DNA from: Schizochytrium sp. TIO01
Lineage: Eukaryota; Protista; Bigyra: Labyrinthulomycetes
Reading direction: 5' to 3'
Assembly: GCA_004764695.1 (NCBI GenBank)
Contig: SMSO01000037.1
Location: 3,448,747-3,512,746 of the forward strand
Length of the DNA: 64,000 nt
This document shows, one piece after another, positions 23,289-36,500 of this stretch. The notes beneath the pieces are model-generated. The model searched no databases and was not told the origin of the DNA. It saw nothing but the letters and a program-made list of their open reading frames with translations. Each line of letters begins with the position of its first letter. Positions within the stretch are counted from its first letter, which is position 1. Made by a program: the position numbers and the translations under genes.

Positions 23289-26200
23289 CGTTTTCACTTT
23301 TCTTATGCGTGCAATAGAATAGAATCGAGATGGACCTTTGAAGTTTTGGCCATCTTTCAAACTCCTGATAATACCACCCTTTAACTCTGTAACGATGATC
23401 CTTCGCGGCTTTGAAGAACCTTTTGCAGATGTGGAGGAGTTATTTTGCTTTGCTTTGCTTTCCTTCTGTGCTGTGAGCGAGGCTTTCCATCAGACAGCGA
23501 AAGGCTCTTCACGTTCAAGTTTGTTTGTTGGCTCCTTTCATGCGCCAGGAAGCGCAGCGGCGAACCTTGCGAATAAAAACAGGCTCGGAAAACAGCGACC
23601 TCAATTCAAGAGCCTGGACGCACGCTCGAATGCCCAAGAGGAACCGCGGCAGGAGGCTTTCCATGTACTGCCATAGAATCCAATCAGGAGCGAGCTGTCG
23701 GCGAGCTAGTCGGCAAGAAAGTTTGGAGGTGTTGATGATTGATTGTTGAAAAAGTGGGAAACTTTAGGACGATTTCTCTATGTCTTCAAGGTCTTCTTGG
23801 AGTTTGCTTTTTTAATTAAAACTCTATTTCTGTGAACTAGGAAAGTGTATCATACAGGCTATAAGAAGTTTTGTTTATTTTAAGAACACTTTACTTCCTT
23901 TCTGCTCATATAAATAGAATAAATATAGGCACAGTATTTTGTAAATGAAGGAAAGCACAGACGGACCAAGCCCGAGCCGTCTTGCCGCGAATCGAGTGAG
24001 GATTCGAGTCCTCCAATAACATCCTCAATCTCAGCCTTGATTTCGTAAACCACCAGAGCCTTTTAGAAGAGCATAGATGGATTATGTTTGTTCGCTGTGC
24101 TAAAATTTTTGTTCCACTTTCAATGTCCGCGTAGGCACTATTATGCCTAACTCTTTATACGTCTTTTGGGGGGGTATGACAACTGCTTTTAAAGTTTTAT
24201 TATATATTATTTTTAATTATATATATTTGTTTACCATACGAGCTCTGTCAAAAGACAAAATGCGCCGCACTACTAGGCTTCCATTTAGATGATACTGTAG
24301 TGTGAAAGCCCACTTGAATCACGTGCCGTTTGTTCTCTGCTGAGCGGCTTTTCCCTCTTTTTCCCTCTTTTTCCCTTTTTTTCCCTTTTTTTTAAAAGTT
24401 AGTATGAAATTAAAATAAATGAATAGCTTTCAAACCTGATGGTTGGAAACGCCAATCAAAAGCCGCAACAAAACTTCGATTAGCTTGAGATGGTGCAAAT
24501 TAAGGTCAAAGGAGAGACCTAAGCAACAATTAGAACCAACAGAAGTTGCTCAGCTTGAATATAGGAAAGAAATCAAAGAAAGAACACATCAAAGTGGAAA
24601 GGGTGGTCGAATATTAATAGTAAGGTAGGTAGCTAGGTAGGTAGGTACTATCTCTCGGCCTTCTTCCTTGCAATAAGCAGTAATCGTTCTCCGCCTGTTG
24701 TGGCTGATTTCCAAAGTTCCCTCATGACCAGATAACCATCTGTGACCCGTTTAATTCCACGGTGTTGACGACACCTTCCTCGGTTGTCGCCCAAAGTTGT
24801 GGACCAGAGCCACGATGACATCGAATTCAGAGGGCCAAAGGCACAGTCTTCCGCTTGAAGCAATAACTTGCGCATTCACGTGTTGTTCTATTCTTCAATT
24901 CTGAGCTTTCTTTTCTTTTATCCTCTTTTTCTTTCCCTTCCCAACTCCTTTTATCGTTCTTTTTCTTTCTCCTTCCTTTTCGAACCGATTCCGAGTTTCG
25001 GCATTCCTCTTTTCGGTCATAATGTGGGTAGATTGTCGATACGTACTGTGATATACATCTCTATGCATTGCTCGCTCGCTTACCTGCTGCAGCTCCAACT
25101 ACTCGTAAGCAAATACTCCGCAAAACTATCGAAGACTCAGGGTCTCCAAGCGCCGCGCTTTTCAGAAGCATCGCCCGTCGTGAAAAGCTTTCAAGTCTCG
25201 AAGGGCTCATGATGTCCGCACGTGCAGCTCTTGAGGCAAGTGCCTACGCCCTTATACAATGAGCGCGTGAAATGAGACAATGAGGCAACTCGGAGATGGA
25301 CAGATAGTTGAGGATGTCAGAATTGCAGATCTGCGCTTTGGTCACAGCGACGACCTGGGCTCGACTGGTTGCCGTGGAGCTGAGTTGCCGCAGCAGTTTG
25401 GTTGAGGCACGGGCAGTGTCAGAATGTTTGTCTGCAGAAGTTTTGGATTCTGATAAGGTTGAGGCAAAATGGGATTGCAGGAAGAGATTCCTTAACGGAT
25501 TGATCGAAGGGCCGAGCGAGCTCAACGTACCTGCACGGATTTGATTGCACCGCCGCCATCACCGTGATATATATTCTCGCTTGCTTGTTTAGCAAACCCG
25601 AAGGATTGCTCGGGCCTCGAGAGTTGTAAATTCTGGGAACTGTAAAATCTCTAGAAGGCCTGGCAAAGCCTTGGACTTCTCGCAACGACGCAGAATTCCA
25701 AAGCCAATTGGGCAGAGAATGCCGAGGAAGGGTGCACAGTTGTCGAGTGCTGAAGGCATGAGATAGAGCCTATGGGCAAGAAAGTAGTTTTCTTTTGTGC
25801 CGACCACACATCTTCGCGGCGTACGAATTGCGAGCTCAGCGAGGGAATAAATAAACCATCGGCCGAGCGCACTGCATCGTACACGACGACGACCTCGAGC
25901 ACTCAACGGACTCGAGCCCAGTTTCGAGCCCAGCCAGCTATGCACATTGCGGGACAGCGGAACTTTAACTCGTACTCCATAGCGATAACCTGCACAGTTT
26001 GGCCAACGTGAACGTGAGCAACCTTGAGCAGTGGCGGTGCGATAGCTGCAGAGCAGATAATTGCGCTGAGCGGTAGGTGGCTCTGGAGAATTTGCTCGTT
26101 GAAGTTGCTGTCTTCGTCCTCGGGTTTCTTTTATCATCGTCAGGGAGGCGAGTTTCTTGTGATCTGGGGCACCGATATTCGAGGTAAAGCGAGTGCAGCA

Positions 26201-27565
26201 AAGTCTGTGTACAAACGAGCTCGCATGCCACCTGGCCGAGATCAACGAACTTGGGTAGGCTGGTCTGAGCGGAGGCGATCAAGGACGATTCATCTGTGCG
26301 ATCGCCGAACGATGAAATGCGCAGAGATGAGCTCGCCGATGAGCGAGAACGGCACTTCAGGCAAAATCTGCTGGCAAGGACAACTTTTATTTTGTTGCAG
26401 AACATATCTCTTCCTTTTTTATATATTAGTTTTACATTTATTTTTGTTTTATTTCAATGTTTTTCATTACCTGTTTTAGTACAAAGTTTCAAGTTATAAG
26501 CCTTCCGTATTACAGTAACAAAGGGATTCTGCTTTTTTTCTTTTCTTTTTCCCCCCTTAATAATTTAAATTAAAAATTAGAATAATAAAGAACCAATAAC
26601 AGTAGCCAGCTGAAATCCTCTATTAGGACGAATGAGAATTGAAGAGCAAAGAATTGCACAAACACTGTCGAGCAACCTAATAGAGGCGCAAAACGCATAC
26701 ATCAATGAAAGACACTCAGCTTTAATATTGGCAGTCTTTATGCACTCTGGCAAGAGCTAACCTATGATCTATTTTTCTTTCTTGATCGTGAAAAAGGCAG
26801 GGTAGGATAGGTAAACTTTTTGTGTTAAAGACGGTAGAATTAGTTGGGTCTTACTACTGATCAGATTCACGTAAGTATTGAAATATTCTAATGACAATGT
26901 TGATTCAGTCGTCGTGCTTGAGATGAGAGCGCAACCTTCAAGTTGGTCAGTTGGACGTAGAAGGACCAATCGAACGGGCAACTGCTTTATCTAGGGTTGG
27001 CAGCTAAAACAGCCATACTACCTATTATTGACAGCCCGATGATTCAGAAATGTACCCCTACATGAAATCGCGCCAGCACTAATTTTAAGAGACAACAAGA
27101 TTATAGGCAATTGTTGAAAATCTAACCTCTCAGTGAGAATAGGTTTCATTGAAACATGGCAGCTCTAGCTGTCTTTTCAATATACATGCATGCATTCGAT
27201 GCCAACCCTGCAATGTATCATTGGTCGCAATTATCCATCCCTTAGGACCTATCTCACTATGTAATTGCAATGTAAAGTTCTGTTTTTGCGGATTTTCCCT
27301 ACTAGTACCTAGCGATTCATTTCTTGGAAAAAAAAAAAATCCGTGGAAGAGTCATATAGATAATATTAACCATCAACTTAGTCAGGACTTTAAACATGAA
27401 CAAGCACGTAATACAGGGCAGCCCATCTGTCTTTCTACCTGAGCATTAAGTTGCATTCACGATGGCCTTACCACACAGTGAGGTAATGGAATTGGGAAAG
27501 TCTCACAGAATAAAAACTCACTCTTAATTTGCTTACATGACAAAAAAATCTACTTTTGCATCTAT

Positions 27566-30500
27566 TCAAAGATCCAAATCTTCGTCTTCCCAACCAGATT
27601 GATTGGCCAAATTACTATTGTCATTGTCTCCACGTTCACCACTTTCTTGATCTCCTGCACTTTGGGCAGAAGCTTCACGATGCAACTCGTGCTCTTGCAT
27701 AAAGCTAGCTACAAGGTTAGGTGATACTTCTGCTGAGGACTCTTGGTGAGAAGACTCAGCCAGCCGTTCAAAATCTGTAGTATCATACGGCAGTTGTCCA
27801 GATTGCGTGCGGTGTGGCCTAGCAGCTTGAGATCTTGTGACATCACCGCCCAGGTTTCTACCTTGCTCAGAAGCTGAATGCAAAAACTCACGTGTTTCTT
27901 CATGCCCGTTCGATTCAGCTTCCCCCAAAGGGACTCCAAATGTAGAGATTTCATAGTCTGAGCCATCAGAGTCAAGGTCATCATTAAGGCCCCATGCGTC
28001 ACCTGGATCTGCCTCATTTACAACAACATCATGTACACTTTGCTCCAAGCCTCCGCGTTGTCGTGTGTTGGCAAAGGTTTGTTCTCCTGCGTCGACAAGA
28101 TCATTTGAGTTTTCCAATTGCTCCAATCCGTTCAATTCTTCACCTGTAGAGCCACCAGCCCTAACTGTCAGCGTGCCACCAAAATCGCTGGTCTCCTGCG
28201 CACCATCTTCTGCAGTACTAGATGAGTTTCTTGCCTCAACTCCTTCAACAGCAGAATTCTCAGTATTATCCGCTGCTATACTGTTTGAGGCATTAATAGC
28301 AGCTGCTTCAGCATCATCGTCGCTATAGTTGACATTTCCGCCACCATACGTTGCGAACGGAGAACTTGCAGACCCTTCCCCGGCATTAAAATGTTCTCTG
28401 AGTTGTTGACGTGCGTGCACACTCAAAAGCCGTGGGGACCCAAAGTCGCCTGACTCTGCTGGCTCTCCTGCTGTTGTTGTACTATGCGCCTCTTCAGCAT
28501 CATCTTCACCTCCGTAATTGTCGGTTAGAGTCCCAATTTCCGAAACTGGATCATGCTCTTCAAAGGCAACACCGCCCTCATGTTGCCGTTGTTCAAGCTC
28601 CATTCCAGCCTCTACGCCAGCAGACTGATGGATATCATCCTCGTGCACTTCATCGTGTGCAACATCTTCTCTTGCAAGACGAGCTTCATTGGTATCACCA
28701 TTTTCATCGGCAACAATAGTACCGAGCTCCCTTACTTCCTCGGAAGTTCGATCAAGATTGGACTCGCTAGAACTGTGTTCTTCATCCGCATTCTCATCTT
28801 CAAAAAATCCTTGTCTTCGCTCTTCAAAAGTCACTTCAGATGCATTATGGTCAGCTCCCCCATGAGCTCCTCCAGCATTTGTAGATGTTACGCGGTGCTG
28901 TATTTCGCTAGACTCAAGCCCCCCATCATGATCAGTACTGGCTACATGTTGGTGCTCTTGGAATGAAGATGCCGTGCCTTCACCTGCAAGGTCCTCCTGA
29001 GATGAATTGGAGTGCCCAGTAGCACCTTCGGCTGGTGATGAGTGATCTGCGCTCGAAGGACTTGGGAAGTCTTGGCTTAAATCTATTCCTTCCAAACCTC
29101 TAGCAAGACGATCCATTGTGCTAGCGTTGCCACCAATTGCTAAATCATCGATATCACCAGAAGCGTTGGCTCCATTCTCAGCAGACGGAGCACCATGCAT
29201 GGTTTCGGCAGGGAAGCTATGGTATTCTACATCACGACCAGTACTGATTTCTGCCTCACTTGAAGGCATCTGCCTAACTGTTACACTGGCATGGCTCGAG
29301 CGGGAACTGACCGAACCTGCATCAATATCGCTCTCATTGTCCTGCCAGCCGCTACTTTCCCCTGTGATTGCTGTCTGTACAAGGCCGTCCGAAAGATCAC
29401 TGGTCGAATGGCGTGTAACCCCTCTAGATGTATCATCACGCAGAAAGGTCACAGCAGGAGCGTCTGTGGAACTGACTTGGACACTGTCGGCATCAATAGC
29501 ATCCACGTCACCCAAACTACTCTGGTCTTCCCAAGCTCTTTCAGACTTTTTGGAATCTTTCAAAGACTCATCATCCGGCTGGAAAACCTCAGCTTGCTTT
29601 GCATCATTATTTGTTGCTTTCATTGTATCACAATTTTCAGCATCTCCGTCTATGTCGCCCAAACTACTCTGGTCTTCCCAGCCTCCTTCAACACCTGTGC
29701 TTTCTTTCAATAGATCATCATCTTGCTCGAATAACTCACCTTCATATGTGGTGTCATTCGATGCTTCTTGGGAGGTACCATCAACCACAGCATCCTCTTC
29801 GTCAATATCGCCTAGACTACTCTGATCGTCCCAGCCTCCTTTGGAAATTTGGCGATCTTTTAAAGCTTCGCAACCTTGATCAAACAAGCCGCTTTCATTA
29901 ACATCAGTGGATGGTGCTTCTTTAGGGTTGCATGAATCATCTGCATTATCGGCGATAGTATTCAAACTGTTTTGATTGTTCCCAAATTCTTCACAATCTT
30001 CCACTTTCTTAACAGGTTCTTCACCTTCATCTGACAAGCCGATATATCCTTCATCCTCGACCATTGATCTCATTTGATGATTTGAAACAATAGTGACCGA
30101 TGAAAGTGGAGGTTCAGGACCTTCAGCATTTGAAACTGAGTCATCAAATGAAGATTTCGATACCTCAGAGACCTCACCCGAAGCATGAACAGGTGGATAT
30201 GACACGTTCAATGAACTGATTTCTTTGGCCGCCTCGGAAGCTTCTTTATCATCAATGTCTTTTGCTACTTGAACTTCAGCATTCGCTTCATCGCATTTTT
30301 TTTGTTCGCATGAAAGTTTTGTTATGCCGTCGTGCTCTTCATTTTCGTGAATGACCTCGGATTGATGAAAGGCATCCTCTTCCTCTTCTTGTTCTTCTTG
30401 TTTCCCTAGTCCAACAAATTTTGCAAGGCTATTTTTGTGTTCATCATCGCCTTGGATGCTACTTGTTTCGGCTGGTTTGTCCTTTGGCTCCTCGTGCTCC

Positions 30501-33500
30501 AAACATCCCGTAACTCCACTCTGAAAAGAGGTTGTAATGAAATCTTGGATTGCATTTTCAGCTGGGTTTTGCTCATTTTCACTATTTTGAGCCACGGCAG
30601 CGTCATGGTCATTACTAAAAAGTGCTACTTGTCCAGCTTCAACAGCCTCTTCAACAGATGATACAGTTAGTTCTTTTTCTGAAAGCTTCGAATCAATATC
30701 TGCATGAAAGTCATGTTGATCGCTTTCCCATCCTGGCTCCTTATCGGATGAATATTCATCAGCTGTGTCGTTACTATATGGTTCTTCTTCCCTGTTAATC
30801 TTATCACTGTCATCTACGACTTCTACTTCTTCTGACAATTCGGGATCTTCTCTCCCAAAATTGAGATCATCACTTTCGTCTTCCCAACTGCTACTATTGA
30901 GAGCCACCTGCAAATCAGATTCTGTATAGGATTCCTTCTGACCAGAGAATTCCAGAAGCTCATCAATGTCCACTTCTGAGTCTTCCGCAGTATTCTCTGA
31001 AGAGATATTTGCAGGGGGGTAAATGGGAAAGCTCTTTTGATTTCCACTCTCTGAGGTGAAGTGAGCATTGTCTGTGTCATCTTCATCGCTACCATCGTCA
31101 ACCCAATCTGCTGAGAGCATTGAAGATAATCGGGACGCTTGATCAACGTGCAACGCTTCTCCCTCTTTGTGGCCTTCATCTTGAAGGCTACTTTCATACA
31201 TTCCACTAGCCTCCTGGTCGAACTCTACATCATCTGCATCATCATCGTCTACCCAGCCAGCTCCCCCAAGTGGGGCTAAAGCCTGAGCTCCTGTAGACAT
31301 TAGACTTTGTGCAGAATCATCATTGGGACCCGAATAGATTTTCTCAACAACATCTAAATCATCCTCTCCCTTACTAGCCCAGCCTGTGGCATCACTTGAG
31401 GTCGATGTTTGAGCAGCGAGGTTTGACACGGTCTTAGATTCACCAACCTCAAATGTTGGGACATCACTTTCCATGTGAGAAGTTTCCTTGCCTTCACTAT
31501 TATTAACACAACGTGTTAACGAACTTCCTGGGTATTTGCCAATTTGTTCACCGCCAGCTTCATTGGTTTCTAGTATCTGATCTTGCGAGCGAGAAATAAG
31601 ATCGTCCTGAAGGCATAAGTCATCGTTGGATGATTTAGGCTCTTCGATGCTAAGGTCGGCATCCTCTTTTTGGGGCCTACCATTTGCAATAATCGACGCA
31701 GATGAGTGCACCATTGAGTCTCCAGCGCCTTCTTTGGAGAAGTCCATGACGACAGACGAGCCATTCATATCGAAGTCTGATTCATCATCAACGACATTGC
31801 TGGCCTGGCCTTCTTCTGTAACAGGGGGGTCATCATTAGGTGCCATGTTCGTCTTAAAGTCTTTGGCAACATTAAAATTGACATTTTGCTGCCCAGAAGC
31901 TACTAGCTTTAACGTTTCCATATCAGTTTGCGATGGCGACGAAATTGCCTCCGGCCTAAGCGAGCTCTCCCCAGCTTCGCTAAAGTCCAAATCTGAGCCA
32001 TCTTCGTCACCATTAGGCCAACCTGAAGTTGTACTCGGTAAGTAATCCTCAACAACGGCACCATCCATGGTTGTTTGGATACATTTCTTTTCTGTGGTTG
32101 TCTCGTCATCATTATTACCATCTAAACGGAGCTTGTTATCATGGACACTTCTCTTATCTTCGAGATAGTTGCCTTCGATTGAATTTGGTATCTGATCTTG
32201 ATGTTCAGAAAAAGTGTGACTAGTATGTGAAGTTAAACAATTCGATACGTCTCCACCAGAGCTTGCATCCTCGTCCTCATCCTGATCGCAGCCAGAACTA
32301 GTACCAATGACTCTTGAGGCCTGAACAGAGTCGACCGTAGCTCTTTGATTCAAAGATTCTCCTGCAGAGCCCTTATCATCTTCTTCAAAACTTAGATCCT
32401 CGTCCTCGTCTTCGCCCCAACCAGGACCAGTACCAGTACCTGCATCTGTTGAGGCTTGGGTAGGATCTCGCATTGCACTTGGATTCAAAGATTCTCCTGC
32501 TGAGCCCTTATCATCTTCTTCAAAGTTTAAATCCTCGTCCTCGTCTTCGCCCCAACCAGGACCAGTACCAGTACCTGCATCTGTTGAGGCTTGGGTAGGA
32601 TCTCGCATTACACTTTGATTCAAAGATTCTCCTGCAGAGCCCTTATCATCTTCTTCAAAGCTTAAATCCTCGTCCTCGTCTTCGCCCCAACCAGGACCAG
32701 TACCAGTACCAGTACCGGTACCTGCATCTGTTGAGGCTTGGGCAGGGTCCCGCATTGCACTTTGAAGCAAAGATTCTCCTGTTGAAGCCTTATTATCTTC
32801 TTCAAAGCTTAAATCCTCGTCCTCGTCTTCGCCCCAACCAGGACCAGTACCAGTACCAGTACCGGTACCTGCATCTGTTGAGGCTTGGGCAGGGTCCCGC
32901 ATTGCACTTTGAAGCAAAGATTCTCCTGTTGAAGCCTTATTATCTTCTTCAAAGCTTAAATCCTCGTCCTCGTCTTCGCCCCAACCAGGACCAGTACCAG
33001 TACCAGTACCGGTACCTGCATCTGTTGAGGCTTGGGCAGGGTCCCGCATTGCACTTTGAAGCAAAGATTCTCCTGTTGAAGCCTTATCGTCTTCTTCAAA
33101 ACTTAGATCCTCGTCCTCGTCTTCGCCCCAACCAGGACCAGTACCAGTACCTGCATCTGTTGAGGCTTGGGTAGGATCTCGCATTGCACTTTGAAGCAAA
33201 GATTCTCCTGCCAAGCCCTTATCATCTTCTTCAAAGCTTAAATCCTCGTCCTCGTCTTCGCCCCAACCAGGACCAGTACCAGTACCAGTACCGGTACCTG
33301 CATCTGTTGAGGCTTGGGCAGGGTCCCGCATTGCACTTTGAAGCAAAGATTCTCCTGTTGAAGCCTTATCGTCTTCTTCAAAACTTAGATCCTCGTCCTC
33401 GTCTTCGCCCCAACCAGGACCAGTACCAGTACCTGCATCTGTTGAGGCGTGGGCAGGATCTCGCATTAAACTTGGATTCAAAGATTCTCCTGCAGAGCCC

Positions 33501-36500
33501 TTATCATCTTCTTCAAAGCTTAAATCCTCGTCCTCGTCTTCGCCCCAACCAGTACCAGTACCTGTACCTGCATCTGTTGAGGCTTGGGCAGGATCTCGCA
33601 TTGCACTTGGATTCAAAGATTCTCCTGCTGAGCCCTTATCATCTTCTTCAAAACTTAAATCCTCGTCCTCGTCTTCGCCCCAACCAGTACCAGTACCAGT
33701 ACCTGCATCTGTTGAGGCTTGGGCAGGATCTCGCATTGCACTTTGAAGCAAAGATTCTCCTGCTGAGCCCTTATCATCTTCTTCAAAACTTAGATCCTCG
33801 TCCTTGTCGTCGCCCCAACCAGGACCAGTACCAGTACCTGCATCTGTTGAGGCTTGGGCAGGGTCCCGCATTGCACTTTGAAGCAAAGATTCTCCTGCTG
33901 AAGCCTTATCATCTTCTTCAAAACTTAGATCCTCGTCCTCGTCCTTACCCCAACCAGTACCAGAACCTGTGATCGTCGAGGCATGGACAGGGTCTCGCAT
34001 TGCACTTTGATTCAAAGTTTCACCTGCCGAACCCTTATCATCTTCTTCAAAGTCTAGATTATCTTCGTCATCCCCACCCCAACCAGTGTTAGTATCTGCG
34101 GTTTGGGTCGTATTTTGTAATGCACTTTGAATCAAGGTTTCCTTTGTCAAAGACTTATCGCCCTCCCCAAAATCAAGATCATCATCTTCAACCTGCCAGC
34201 CTGATATCGAATTCACTTCTGATTTACCAGGATCAATTTTGGCAACATTAGATTGCACATCAAGTCGTGCATTGGCGTCTTCATTGTCCCATGAGTCATC
34301 CCAGTTGTCACCACTTTCAACTTCCTCATGCGATTCAACAACCTTTGAAGCCTGTTTTAGAAAACTTAAGAATGAAGACGATTCCTGCCGATCCTGACAG
34401 CATGACTCATTGAAACGCATCAATGCAACACTTGCAAGCTCAGCAGCAAACTCCCATCCTAACCCCTGAATCTCACACAGAGAAGCTTGCATAATCGCGT
34501 GGCGCAATGCAACGTGCCAAGCTGAGCCTGAGCACATAAGTTTTGGTGTATTATTGGCGTGAAGAATAACTTGACCGGCCTCAACAAATTCCCCGCGAAG
34601 GCAAAAAATCAGCGCGAGATAAATGGGGGACCAAGCCAGTGGCTGGGAGGAAATGTTCGAGAATTGAGAAAGCTTGAGAGATCGTTCTGATAAAGGCTGA
34701 AGCAACTCGGAAGGGACAGTTGTCAATATGCATGTGACGAGTACAAGTTGTACAAGATCATCATCATTATCCAAATCAATAGCATCTTGTTTCCAAAGAC
34801 TTGTTTCTGCGCTTGTCCGAACCTTATAATAGCCTGAAAAGAGTCCGAAGACAGGGAGATCGTGTGTCTGGCTCAAATCATTTTCAGCAGCTTCCGAAAG
34901 CAAAGCGATGCCATCAATTGAGTATCGAATTGAGTTCAGAAACTCCTTTTCGTTGTTTTCTGCGGCAATTTGAAATAATCCTTCCCATACCTCAGAGTAA
35001 GCGCTCAAACGCGAGGTAAAATCAACCTGGCTACTTAATGGCACTTCTGGTGAGACATACTTTGTGATCAGACCAGAAGCCACCTTTTGTGCATGAAATT
35101 GCACAGAGTGATAGAAGTCTCCAAAGGGGAGTTTTTCGGCGGACAGTGCCTCCCATTCAAGGAGAAGATGTGCAGCACGCAAACGACTGGTAGCATCCTC
35201 CGGGCACCCAAGGTCTTTTAGCAGCTCGCATCTCTGCTGCACGGAGCCAACTTGGTCAATATGAATATCAGATGTCAAGGTCAAAGGCCAAATATCTTGC
35301 ACTGATCTTAGTGCCTTGAGATTTTGCATCAACTCCTGATCACCATCTTGATCTAATCCTGCGAGACTCAAAAGCTTCAAGACATCGATGCGGAGCTTCT
35401 CAGAACTCGACTCAGAGGTGAATTCTCGCAATGCTCGTAACATAGATTCTCCTGTTGCACGCTCATCGTCAGATTGCAAATCAATTAAGTACGATGTGAT
35501 AGAGACTAGGGCAGATATTTCATCCATTGATGTATCTGGTTGATTCAATACATGATTCGAGATATCATGAAACATAGTTACAGGAGACATTTCCATAGCA
35601 GCACACGCGTGTACAAGAACCTCTGCAGAGCAGCCGCCAGAGAGAGCAGCACCCTCGAACGCCATTTGTATCAAATCTGCAGACAAGCCACTTTTTTCAA
35701 GGTTGTTAATGAGCTGCGTAGAATTAGGCCGATCAAGATCAAGATTTTCAAGCAGGAATCGAATACCCTGCAGAAAAGCTCCAGCTTGATTCAGTGTTGC
35801 AAGTAGCTCGTCAGCGTTATCGACGGGCTTCCTATTTATGGCCGAAAGCAGGGCAGTGCGGCAGTCCTGGATGATGGTTTCTCGTAAATCCAAATCAAGA
35901 AGATCTAACATTCCACCCAAAGCTGCACAACGTTGAGCAAGGCTAACAATGTCGATTGGTACAAGGATGTGTACCAGTTCTGCACATGACGATTTGTACG
36001 TTTGACGACCTGCCATCGCAGCCGACTGAGTTACTTCGGTAAGAAGATTACGTGGGACTTGCGAATTCTGATCCATGGTGGAGGAACCCACCCCAAGCAA
36101 ATGACAGCAGAAGTGTAGCACGATCTCACTCGGCCGGAGCTTAGGCAAGCATTCTACGTTTGAACTCAATAGCTTAGCTAGGCGCTTGACATTCTTCTTG
36201 TCCATGAGTCGATCAATCTCTACCAAAGCAGTTTCACGATCCACGGTCTCGTTTTCTGCAAGAGGCATGCACAGAAATAGTTTGGCATTGGGATGATATG
36301 CAAGTTTTTCGATGCGACGAAGAAAAGCCCGACGGTCCTTCAGACGTTTGTGTTCCTCCTCGTTGGAATCATCGTCTAAAGCTCGAAGCATCAGGTTTTC
36401 AACAATCAAAAGCTGTTCATAATTGGTACCATCAATACCACGCCAGAGCTTGCTAAGCATACTCTGAGTTGCAGCTCGCTGTTCAAGGAGACGGGTAACA

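Noticed and set aside
22500-25550. Alternative genetic code (TGA/TAG read as sense) to explain in-frame stops in relic frames
   Set aside because: Well-supported genes in the window terminate at TGA (SPC25, CCDC151), TAG (RCHY1, TrmB) and TAA under the standard code
32731-33972. Plus-strand repetitive ORFs (147 and 262 aa) and CRISPR-like periodicity
   Set aside because: These are antisense shadows of the NBAS coding minisatellite; the units are contiguous with no unique spacers and no cas genes are present
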